Source of the DNA: Tubiluchus corallicola
Taxonomy: Eukaryota; Animalia; Priapulida
NCBI GenBank assembly: GCA_030141605.1
Contig: JAQGDQ010000092.1
Span: 496,001 to 560,000 of the forward strand
Length of the DNA: 64,000 nucleotides
Reading direction: 5' to 3'
Shown: one piece after another, positions 52,421 to 64,000 of the stretch
Layout: every line of letters starts with the position of its first letter
Position numbering within the stretch: the first letter of the stretch is position 1
Notes under the pieces: model-generated
Told to the model about the DNA's origin: nothing
The model's input: the letters and a program-made list of their open reading frames with translations, nothing else
Database searches by the model: none
Made by a program: the position numbers and the translations under genes

Positions 52421-54374
52421 TATGCCGTAACTTCGAAATTTATGTTCATACTGGTTTTGCAGTGTTACAGGGTACCAACTTAATGCAATTCATCATTCTT
52501 GCAAATAGACTTTGCATAATACATCCATGCTTTGCATTATATACCACTAATAGCATTATTTATATGTCTGCATTTGCCATTGTGCATAAATTTGTATTGA
52601 ACTAACAGATGTCAGAATCCTTTAGAAGAAGAGGGTTTAACTTTAAGACTTAAGTAAATGGTTATTAATGTAATGAAGCAAGCATGGGCTGATTTAATTG
52701 ATAGAAAAGCTAAAGAAACTGGTATACAGTTGTGGGTAAGAAAGCTGGAAAACAATCAAAACATTGAGATAAAATTGCATCGTGTCCAGTGTTATATGTG
52801 TCTTATTTAATACACACCATACATGATCAGTAAATAATATTAATGCAGACAGCTTTCGTGGCTTCTCATTTTTGACAAACAGATTCCACGGTTTGGAATT
52901 GTAGTTACCACTTAGAAGCTGTGCGCATGGATTTCTTCAACGACTATATAAAAATGCCCACTTTTTAAGTAATTGTATGTTTTTTGGAAGTTAGCTAAAC
53001 TTACAAACTTTAAAACATTTTATAGATTTTTTTCCAAGCCCTACAAATTGGATTATCCCACAGTAGCTTTGTTTCTAATGATAATTGCTAGCTGTGTACT
53101 GTAGCCTATACTAATAGGCAAAAATTAAAATTTGCAAAAAGTGGTCACTATGAATGTATGTGCATTACGATGCATTATTACTACACCAAACAAAAACAAG
53201 GTTTTACACAATCTTTGAGTATCGGCTTAGGCCAAAAATATATACTAGTTTTGAAGAGGCCGGAGTAGAAAGGCCAAAATGGAAGGAAAAATAAGAAGAT
53301 GCAACAATAAAAATAAGCAAGGAGAATGAAACAGCAGCCTGATAATAATGGTAATCAATGACAAGGAAATGAGAATGTGATGATGATGATGATAATGAAG
53401 ATTATATTCACATAAAAATGTAAAAAGGATCTCTCGTTATCTGTTGACAATATTATTATGCACGTCTCTTCAGATTAACATGAGGAATAAAGTTTATCAA
53501 AGAGATTAAGTGAAACAACATCACAACACTGCACTGAACAAGGTCTAAGGGTGCACTGAAAATAGTTCCTAACTATTTTAGTTATAGATTATTATCACGA
53601 GCAATTAGTTAATTTGAAAACCTTATAGTAACATCACATTGCCTTTCTTACAGAGAAGAGATATCGTACGATAATGAGAACTAGCAACTGTGGTACAAAA
53701 TACTTCGCAGCCAATTTAAATTTAACATGGCATTAAACTGGTTGACTTCTCCTTTAGTTAAATATTTGCGTGTTTGAATTCCAGTAACATTTCTCGTGAA
53801 CAAAAACATAAAACGGCAATATTACTAACTGTATCAGAATAAATATCACTTGGAATTATTTTAGAAATGCATTTGATTCGAACAAATTAAAGCAGCAATT
53901 CTGAGCAGGGCTTACTGAATACAATAGATGAAAATTACATGAAACTCCAACAAAACTTTTTCAAGGTGAACAAACAGCTGATACCCAATTTCTCTTAAGG
54001 TTAGCTAAACAAACACTAATATTTGTTTTTCTAGAGTCAAGCATTACCAATCATTGATATCCCTTTTAACATAATAGTTGTCAATGTGTTAGTTAACATA
54101 ATTGCTAGTTAGTTTAACATTCGAACTAACATTTATGTAGTGTTCAACTTGTAAGCGTAGTGTTTCTATGTTATCACTGTAAGTCACAAATTTTCAAAAG
54201 TCTAGTTATAACTAAACTGAATGTATAAATGCCAGAGACACAATGAACCAAATAATCATTCAAAACTCTTGAAAGTTTACACAGTTACTCTAGTTTCCAT
54301 TCTCTATCTCTGTTAGAATAAATTTTATTACATTTATAATTATGGAAATGGTTAAACTTCATTCATGGAACATC

Positions 54375-54443
54375 CATCATCATCATCATCATACGCCCAT
54401 CACGTCTATTGTAGACATTGGGCAGGCAGAATTCTAAAATAAA
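54375..54443 (-). repeat. Short dispersed repeat with (CAT)n tail, copy 2
   Basis: Matches 32438-32507. Confidence 0.7.
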
Positions 54444-54499
54444 ATTTAAAGGTCCCGACTTTGTCAGAAACACCAGAAGTATGATATTGTAGGATTTTC

Positions 54500-54626
54500 T
54501 ATAGATTCAGATTCATTTTATTTTCCCTTTTGTACATACCACACTTATAATTATTCCTAAATTAAAAAATACAATTCAAGGGAAGGGTGGCGAAAAACTA
54601 ATTAGTTATTTAAATCAGCCACCCTT
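54500..54626 (-). mobile_element. L2-like LINE 3' terminus
   Basis: AGGGTGGC..GCCACCCT stem; on the minus strand it is followed by AATAAA and (TGAATC)2. Confidence 0.6.
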
Positions 54627-55789
54627 ATTATTAGTAAAATTTGTTGGGTTAGCAAATGAGTATATAATTTTACATTATATATGTAGTGAATCTAAAGTGA
54701 ATTATCAAATCAAAAACATGCATAAATGTAAAGCAAAACAAAAGTAAAAAGGAATCATAAATTCTGCAAAGCAAAATAAAACAAAACAAGCAATATACAA
54801 TTCTAGCATAGATCCGTCAAACGTGCTGCATGTTACCAATAATGGATGCTACGGTTTCATAATTTTAGGCAAAATTTTCAATATAAAAATATAAAAAAAT
54901 CAGCAGCACAACAAAAGCAAATAAAAACTGAGTGATCAAATACATGCAATGATGTTAAATAATTATAGACGTGATAATAATAGTTATAATTTTATAGCAG
55001 TTATTTTTGCACATGCATTAACGAGAGAGCAAAATTAGAATGACATTACCCTCACAATGCAAATTATACCATTTTTCATCATTGCATTTATCAACCGTTA
55101 CTTCAATATCCTGTTTCTTTATTAACAACGTAAAATTTTAATGGTATTTTTGGCTCTTAATTTTATCACAGCTATTCTAATCTATGACTATAATTATAAT
55201 TAATGTACAGTAAACAAGTGCAGTAAAAGAGAGAGAATACATTTAACAACATAAAAGTATAAGGTTTTGTGAGAACTTAGATTACAAAACCGAATTTCAA
55301 TAATTTTTGATCATAAATCTTTTTTTATTTTATTAGCTATTAACTGTAAGTATGAAGTAGCTTCTTTTTGTATTTTCTTTGTAAATTGTTTAAAGAGCCA
55401 GAAGAAAAGGTTAAAGGTGAAGAATTCCATAGTTTTGAGTCTTGTATTTTAATGAACGTTGACCAGTAGCAGTAGCAAATCGTTCTACAAACAGTGCATC
55501 TATTGGAAGTCATCCGATTTCAACAATCCATAAACGTGAAATACCGAACACTGACATAATTTCCTTCTCAATAGAATTGCCAACTGTTTCATGTGTTCCA
55601 TGCCAAAGTCCCTGATATGCAGTAGATCCAGGATAACTCTTGATCCATGGATAAGGCATCTGTGGCAGATACTGAGTGAATCCGACAACTTCTGTAACTT
55701 TTCGGCTTCTTCATTGATCTCAGCGTGCTTGTAGATCTGCTTGCCAAAAACTACCAAGGCATCTCAATAATTTCATGCTTGGGAAAACT

Positions 55790-56400
55790 ATTTATCTCAA
55801 TTGTAAAAGATAAAATAGTTAAATACTTGGAACAAAATGATCTTCTATCAAAAGCTCAATTTCAGAAGAATTCACAGACAACCAATCACTGCTACTAAAC
55901 GCTATTGTTATTTCTTATACAAACAACTTCTCACGCTGGCACATATTTGTACTCTGTTTCATTGACTTTCAAATTGCATTCGACCGAATAAACCATAATC
56001 TATTAGTTAAGAAAGTGGAGCAGTATGGCATTGATACTGACACAATGCAAGTAATAAAGAATATGTACCAGAAGTCAAAATGTTCTATAAAAAACCGTGT
56101 TTTTTCGTTTTTTGATACAAAGGAGGCGTATGACAAGGTGATAACCTAAGTCCAATACTCTTCAACTTGTACAATAAATGATCTCCGCCAGTCTGTCTCT
56201 AATAATGATGCTGCAATATTAAATGATCGAGGTGTACTAATAAAGTGGTTACAGTATGCAGATGATCTAGTACTTAGTAGATCTAGAAAGGGCCTCTAAA
56301 AATCTATATATTGATGAACTTTTGCAGTATGCCACACAAAAACACCTAAAAATCAACCACAAAAAATAAAAATAGTGGTATTTGGAAGAAGGTCACCAAA
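55790..56400 (+). mobile_element. Degenerate LINE reverse transcriptase fragment
   Basis: FIDFQIAFDRINHNLLVKK, GV*QGDNLSPILFNLY and LQYADDLVL (YADD at 56255-56266); multiple frameshifts. Confidence 0.9.
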
Positions 56401-57104
56401 TTCATTTGGGAGAAAAACTTCCAAACAAGAAAAACAAAAGACTAACACTGGCTATACAATGTTGAACCTTTTAATTCAATGTTAACTCAACTACTCAAGA
56501 GTTGGGACATTTTAATATTTTGATATAATTATATTTTGCATAATGTATACTTGTTAATAGTTTTAATACCGTTTTTTGTTTTTCTATAGGCTTTGTGTTT
56601 ACACTTTATACACTTATAACATCAATGCAAGAAACTTAATTTGGCAATAGCTCCGATCCCCAGGGAATAAGAGATCAGTACTACGGCAGTAGACTAAAAC
56701 CACAAATATTTTCAACTCTCATTATTTTGTTCTTTGTAATGTTTCATTTAAAAAGCTGGAACAAGTACAATATTTAACTGTGATTTTTGTTTCAGGATAA
56801 TATTTGTCTATTATAAAAATAACTTGGCATAAAGCCTGTAATAATTATTAGTGAATTATTTTCTTCTGCTTATGTAGCATTTGACACGTATATTTGTAAT
56901 AAGTGTTTTGTCAACATACTTTGTATGTATTTGGATAAATAAAATTGAATTTAATTGCATTGAAATTGATATAATGCATGTCAACTGAATTTGACATAAA
57001 CTATTGGACTAAGCTATATGTTTTGTTGTGGATGATAATTATTCTTTCATGCTATAGCACAGACAAAATATCATAATTATGTAAAATTCATAGTAACATA
57101 ACAA

Positions 57105-57450
57105 GTAGAGGCGAGCATTCTCTGCCAGAAAGCAAATTCAAATCGAATCGAATTTCTGACTTTCGAATTCGAATCGGATCGAAATTTAGTATTTCGAATC
57201 TGAATCAAATTTAAATTGAGTTTGGAGGATTTTGAACCACTAATAAAAACTGGCATTACAAAGATCACGTATATTACTTCATTTCGTTCTGCAATAAACC
57301 CGCTATTAGGTAGTGAAAAAATTTGCATAGAAACTGCAGCTAAATCGTGCTAATTGTATGTGTTTCAAACATTTTACTCATAAAGAACGTATGTGGCTGA
57401 AGTGCTGAATTATACGAATCTATTTTAGGTTCGATGATCACCCTTAATCA
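57105..57450. mobile_element. Possible hAT-like MITE remnant with TCGAA repeats
   Basis: Starts TAGAGGCGAGCATT, followed by clustered (A/T)TCGAA(T) motifs; the right end is only weakly matched. Confidence 0.35.
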
Positions 57451-60400
57451 CAAGATGACACAAGTCAAACAGCAGTGCAGCTGTGAACGTAAGTATGGAA
57501 CTAAGGAAAACCATCTTCATAAATATAATAAAATAATGTTGTTTAAAATAAGTAGACTGGAAACTTTGGGAGCTTGTGTTAAACTTGTCATAGTGCCTTT
57601 TTTATTCTGAGGAAGAAAAACCAGAGGGTAAGTAAAATCTGAAAAATGGAAAATAAGTTGATTGCTTTTTGGTGTCAATAGCGTTTTTAGACGAACAGTT
57701 TTCACATGAAATTAAAAGTTGTTCACCCTTAAACACATGAAATTAAAAGTTGTTCACCCTACCACACCTGAAGTCACACTGTGGTTAAACCTCCAAAGTC
57801 AAAGTGTCGGCAGCCACGCTTTAAAAAATTCAACTTTGTCATTCCCAACTTTTGTAGGTTCACTAGCCATGCCCAGGCTTTTCGGCGCAATGTTCGATTG
57901 TTTGGATTTGGGGTAATTTTTTAAGTAATAGCTGTGCTAAAACTTATCTTGCTTTTTTTAAATTAATACTTAGTGTAGTCTGGAACCGTCCTCGCTTGTG
58001 ACTGGAGACCTGCAAGAGAAGTTAGGAACTACAAGGTACGCTATATGTGTGCTTGCAAGCCTAAAGTAACCTCTGAAGCCTGAAAGGGGTTTTTTAAAGT
58101 GGTCTTCACAAAAATCGCCTTAAAAAGAATCACCTAAACTGCAATCTATCCAAATTATATTAGTTTATAACAATCTTAAGCGCATATCTTGCTCACGTTA
58201 AAAGAAATCCCTGTTTCCTTTCATTTTAAATCTCCCGCGATATTGTTCCGATTGCGCCATTACGTTGGGTCACAAATACACAACATAGGCGTAAATGGTA
58301 TTATGGTACTTGCATAGTTAGCAGACCTTGCAAAGCTGAAATACTTTTATGAGTGTTCGCGGTGTGTACACTGTACACTACAACAGTGTTCATACAGTAG
58401 TTCCCAGAGTTTCACCCATAACTTATCGATTTTCTGATTGTCTAAAATCATATTGGTGGCTGGTTGAGTTGCTACACTAGTTATTATTAAAGACTATCGC
58501 TTCATGGGATGTCCATGAAAAAATAGTAATAGCATCCTGTCTGTGATTCACACAGTAAGATCAATTGAACTTCGTTTTCAGTTTAAATCTAAAAAAGGTT
58601 GTCCTTACAACAGCAGCCACTGCATGTGAACTTGATTCTACTAGCTGTGAAAGTCCTCACAAAAAAGTTTTATGCATTAACCGTTTATATTAACTTATTG
58701 TTAGATATTTCACTGAGGATTGCAAAAAATGTTTTTGTGGGCTCTCTACCACACCTAGATTTTTAAAACCACCAAGCTTAAAGTTTTACCTGAGGAAGCA
58801 TCTCATTAATTTGATAGCCATGTATTACTAATGTTTCAACTAATATTTACTTTTTAAGGTTTTCTGTTTTTTCATAAACCATTATACTGACTGAACTGCA
58901 CTGACCAGGCCTCATTCCTACACATATTTTACTTGTTGGCCTGTGTTCTGTGTCCATTGCAGTGTAAGTATCAGTGCTATAATTATGAAGTACTACATTC
59001 TTATGAAAAATTTGTACAAATTTCATTATTTTTATCAAAACTCGAAAACACTCAAAATGAGGCTGGCATTCATACACTGACTGGTGGTTTTCACTCTTTT
59101 TGCAGAAGTCTGAATTTTTTTCCTACATAAACAAAAAATTTATGCAATAGCCAACAGTAAACATATGCACCAAAACTGTAAGGAAGTATACATTAGTTGA
59201 ATATATGAATAAAGCAGAAAATTGTAGTGCAACATACATTCACAGTTACAAATCGAATTGCAGTAAGCTTTATTATACAAATTTAAGTCTGTTGATGGTC
59301 AAAACGGAAATCTTACAAGTTTTTTGAAAAGAATTATGACTTTTCTTAAAATTCTACAAATGCTTTGAAAAACTATTTTAATAAATTGTTGGTTGATGGC
59401 ACTTATAGAAAAAAAGTCTTGGAAAAAACAAAAGCCAATGGGCAAATGTCACAGCAAATTTCTAGAACATTCAAAAGTTATCCAAGTGATTTTCCATACC
59501 GCGACAAGCAGTATAGCAAGCACTAGATGACAATAAAATCAGTTACACCTGTGGTAAAAATTAATTTTTCAGTTGTTTCGCTGTACCTTGTGTTTCAGAC
59601 TGATGTGAACAGATTTTAAACAATTTATGGACAACAAAGCAGCCTTTGCTTGCATTTATTTTGTTATGACACGATAGAGTACTAGAAACAAGTTTCAAGC
59701 GTTGGAACTCAAAATATCGTCTTACCAATAATACATACTGGATAGCTAATATATGTTTCATTGTTACGAGGATGTTTCTTGTGAGATTCGACGAGTGGGT
59801 TACATTGGATTGACGATCATTGATGTACTTGCAAACAGTGCAACACTATAAGGTTTTACACTCCCATAGAAGTGCATCCTTTAATTTTCTGATCTTGAGC
59901 TGGGTGAGCTCCATAATTTCGTGGTAGTATATGCTTTCTTTAAACTAGTTTTCAGTACTGAGCATAGAAAACTCAATTTATTTGTATGAAAATGTTTCTT
60001 TTCATATTATGAATTAACCTACCTGTCTTTGTAGGTCTATCCAGGTTGTCCAGTGCACTGTGGGGCATTAAACGCCGATAAACGGGTATCTTAGCGATTC
60101 TCACTACAGTGACAAGCACTCACTGAGAACATAATATCAATTATCGGTGCTGTTCAGTCATCGCATAGTGCTTTGCTTGACACTGATGTGTACAAAATTT
60201 TCAACGATTTATGCAAACAGAGGCTTCCTTCACACGTATTTCTTTTTTATGACACAATAAGTTTTGCCTATGTTTACAACCGGATAAAAAGTTAGCTTTA
60301 CTAATGTTTGTAAACAAACGTGATCAGTCGCATGTTGGTTTTTCGATTGGCGGTATAAATGAAACATGTCTGTACCAACGTTTACTGCAGCGGTTGAAAT

Positions 60401-60659
60401 ATTTTACAAAAATTGGAGTAAACATGAAAACATGAGTACTTTATTCGCATAAGGTCATACTAATACGAGTTTTCTAAAATTTACTTGATACTGCCCTTTT
60501 CTTGTCCTTTAAGCTTTAATGAAGCTCTAAAAGTAAGAAAGTTGTTGGCAGCTGATTTAGAGATAAAGAAGAAGACAACGTTACAAGACTAAATTAGGCT
60601 TGCACTTAGAGATAAATGCCTTCCAGACTGGAAGAGAGGCCAATGTGAAACCACTGAAA

Positions 60660-61810
60660 CCGCTTGCAAACCAAAACCGCCCATAAGTCGGCATAGTTAA
60701 GACTATGTTATGATGCTTCAAAGAAGAATGCACCAAAACTTTGGTGAAATTTTAATTTTTAATTTTTTATTAAAACAAACACTGAATATGTTGGACTTTT
60801 ATATTCTAGCATCAGATTAGCAAGAAAATGCCAAAAAATACTAAAATATTAATTTTATAACCCATTGCCCACTCTTCTGACTAGATACTAGTACTAGTAG
60901 TACTGCAATTGTAAAAAACTCCTGTTTTCAAACTCCGATAGTAGCTTGTGGAAGCAGTCATTTTGCTTCTGTTTTTTTCTGTTGACAGGACCAGATCTTC
61001 GTCAGGAAGACCCATCTTTCTTGAAAATCTCATTACATCTATTGTAGGCAATGAGGTATCAACATTTATCAGAGTATTCCACCCATTTCTATCTGCAGGT
61101 AATAGCATAAGTTCTTTTACTTCTAAAAATAGATTTTGTTGAAATTTTTATCTTAGCTATCCAAATTGTTTTAGGTTTTTTGCAGGGTTTTAGGGCTTCC
61201 TTTAAGGCAATTCTTACTGGTGCTTCATTTGATAAATTTAGAAGATGTCCTAGCCATCTTAATTATCGGATCTTGACTTTTAAACTCCAAGAAGTTTCTT
61301 TCGTTCTGGTGTATAAATCTTCATTTTTGATTATGTATGGCCATCTTATCTTTAAAACTTTCTTGAGAAGACTTGTATGAAATGTGTCAATCTGCTTTTC
61401 TTGAGTAATTGCTAAACCCCAAGTTTCGCTGTCCTACATAAATATGATGGTAACGTAAGCATTAAATAATCTGTGTCTTATGTTAAGACTTAACTTCTTG
61501 CTAGTAATTAAGAGCCATCTACTGGATTTAGCATAACTTCAAAGTCCATAGCAACCACACTTTCGAGTGGTTGCTAAGTGTTTTGCAGAGAAGCGACAAA
61601 AAACAATGCCTGACTTTAACAGTGATTTTCTCAAGATTATGTTTTCCAGTGTGTAGCATGCACCTCAAGTTCAATGTGGATTATCTCAGCTTAGAAATAA
61701 CAATGAGCTTAGTATCAAAATGATCCTTATAAAATTGAGATTCAGAGTGTTTGAAGAACTAGAAAAGCTTAATTGCCGACTTATGGACGATTCTGCTATA
61801 GAAGCACTTA
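60660..61810. mobile_element. Second (inverted) copy of the 46885-47520 MITE, interrupted by a LINE
   Basis: 60660-61017 is the reverse complement of ~47205-47510, and 61510-61810 of ~46890-47211. TIR cores CCATAAGTCGGCA / TGCCGACTTATGG. Confidence 0.85.
61018..61509 (-). mobile_element. 5'-truncated RTE-like LINE fragment
   Basis: Minus strand KLSLNIRHRLFNAYV..SETWGL..IDTFHTSLLKKVLKIRWPYIIKNEDLY..LRWLGHLL..DRNGW; flanked by AAGACCCATCT / AAGAGCCATCT. Confidence 0.85.
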
Positions 61811-63431
61811 TTTATTATTATTTAGTTTTATTAAAATTACTAGCAAAAGAGTTTGCGCATAAACCCACACCACACTACACCACTCACATCACATCATGCT
61901 ACACCCATTACACCACACCAATTGCCATATCACGCCCTACAACCACATCACGCTCATCACATTAATTCACAGTCATTGATTCGCAAACATTCTACATAGT
62001 GTTTGTAAACTCCTTCTTTTCGTTGTAATAGGCTAACATTATAACATTTACATTATAATAGCCAGGGGCAGCTTAATAATAAAATAAGTAAAAGTGCAGC
62101 AGAATACAAAAGATAATGTCACAAGCTAAGAGACCTGTATCATCGTATAGTCCTGTTCCTTCTCTTTCCAAAGAACTGTCAGTCTTTCTCCAATACCCAC
62201 CAGGCAGTTTCCTATACGGTATTCAGTCACAATTTCGAAAAAATTGGGAGCTTGGTTCTAGGGTTGCAACCACTCCTGATTTGGCCCGGAGTCTCTTGAA
62301 ATTCAGTCATGGATTCGTAGTTCGGTCAGATTTTTCAAAAATTCTGAAATCTCCTGACTTCGACCATCACCAATGCTGCAGCAAGTATTCTTGCACTTTA
62401 ACTTTAATTCACATAACATAAAGTGCCTAATAATCTGATTGTAATAAATGCTAATAATAATAATAATAATGATGATGATAATTGTAATAATGATAATCTG
62501 ATTGCTAAACTGATCCCAGAAACCTCAGAAAATGTGAGAAGTGTGACTAGAAAGAAATTCTGAAAACTAACTTTTGGATGCTCTTTCGTAAGTTTTAGAT
62601 TTTTAGGGCTTTTTTGGAACCTAAAATCAAGAATTTGTACTATTCTCTAGTTTGAACTTCTTGATTTTAGCTTCTGAAAAAGTTCTTTTATTATTTTATA
62701 CATTAGATTATTTTGAGTTATAGTTTTAAATTGGGTCCTGTTCCCCTTTAAAATTTAGATAATTATAAATTGTTCAGCAAACCCATGACGAATTACAGTG
62801 ATGTAGACCTGCAGTAGGCCTGAAATTCATTTCAATTTTCATTAGATTTTATGAAATATTAGTACATGTAATAATGCATAACACCACCATAATATTTAAA
62901 ATATACTCCATAAGTTTTCGTTTGATAGTAGTCTTTTTAGGACAATTAACGGTTATATGTTTATATGCCTATTGTTTACTAATTTTCGCGAGCTGAAACA
63001 ACATGAACGGAACGCAGTGACACGTATGTTCTACAGTTGCGTTGTAATTCGGTAAAAAGCAACAAAAGCAAAATAATAAGATTACAACTGATAGTGATAT
63101 AACTGTAGTTTCAATAATTTTTGAGATTTTTCTGTATTGAAATTTGTAATTTAGTATGTGTACACTTTACATACCACAATAGTCATAGTAGTTAAAAGAA
63201 AGATTAGACGGGCAGATAGGTCTGCTTAATGGTTAAAGGAAACGTAATGTAGAAAGATATTTTTTTGTCTTTCAAATATACACAGTTATTGGTGATCATT
63301 TACCAGGTATCTAATGTTTGAGCGTTGCGTGAAAAGAGGCAACCTATTAGTGTATCACTTTAACAGTGATTGAAACCGATATCCACCCTCAGTGAGATAT
63401 ATAGTCATATGGCGGACGTAGATGTCCCTTT

Positions 63432-63548
63432 GCAATTTATCTAGCAATCACTATTCATTTATTAAGCAAGCCCAATATTGCTTAACTATCTAGCAATTTA
63501 TCTAGCAATCGCTATTCATTTATTAAGCAAGCCCAATATTGCTTAACT
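63432..63548. repeat. 61-bp tandem duplication
   Basis: GCAATTTATCTAGCAATC(A/G)CTATTCATTTATTAAGCAAGCCCAATATTGCTTAACT begins at 63432 and 63493. Confidence 0.95.
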
Positions 63549-64000
63549 TCTGTTGCTGAGATGCTACATTTGTTTTCTGAATTGAGAACGTCTATGACGT
63601 TAGCAAAGCGTGCACTGTGTCATTCATACAGGCCCACCAGATTTTCACGGTCAGTTGCACTTCTCTAGCTGCCATTTGCGCATACAGTGTACATCTCTGG
63701 ATAATTGAACGTTATTTGGCGTAGTGCTCACTGACCCCGAACCGCCTGTCTACTTGAAGTTGAATCGTGTTGGTTGCTGTGTCACTGATTTTTGTGAGAA
63801 TTTTGTCGAGTGTGCTGTAACTGCAACGAGTCAGTGACATACGAATCGTTTCAACCAGAGTTGGGAAAATTAATAATTATTTTTGTTGAAATCAGTTTTA
63901 AAATAAGATTGTTTTTGGTGTCTATAACTGCTTACTTTAGCGATAAACTAATTATGGTATGTACGCATTGATTAAGTTAAAGAATTGATTATAGACTTTT

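Noticed and set aside
55500-55757. 85-aa minus-strand ORF with coding-like composition
   Set aside because: No recognisable motif in any frame and no convincing splice sites; left unassigned.
62116-62421. 101-aa ORF
   Set aside because: It spans a hAT-like terminus (TAGGGTTGCAACC at ~62259) and shows no protein motif; likely TE debris.

Overview
AT-rich, repeat-littered metazoan (probably invertebrate) nuclear DNA with GT-AG spliceosomal introns; nothing prokaryotic. I could reconstruct three genes exon by exon. (1) A SERTA-domain (SERTAD4-like) gene on +: main exon 24634-25220, probable upstream coding exon 20442-20487, ~210 aa, with a large upstream non-coding region and a long AU-rich putative 3'UTR. 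(2) VPS35L (C16orf62, Retriever subunit) on -: five coding exons from 45279 down to 36420, 992 aa. (3) GFM2 (mitochondrial ribosome-recycling EF-G2) on +: two exons, 49532-51987, 756 aa, head-to-head with VPS35L. Both conserved genes are strongly intron-depleted. The rest is decayed LINE fragments, non-autonomous DNA transposons (several with readable TIRs and TSDs, one interrupted by a nested LINE), short tandem duplications and microsatellites. The most unexpected signal is a divergent actinoporin-like reading frame (34972-35520, -) with an in-frame stop, just downstream of VPS35L and bracketed by an inverted pair of repeats. All family assignments come from motif recognition by eye and remembered reference sequences, not database searches; repeat boundaries are approximate unless a TSD is given.
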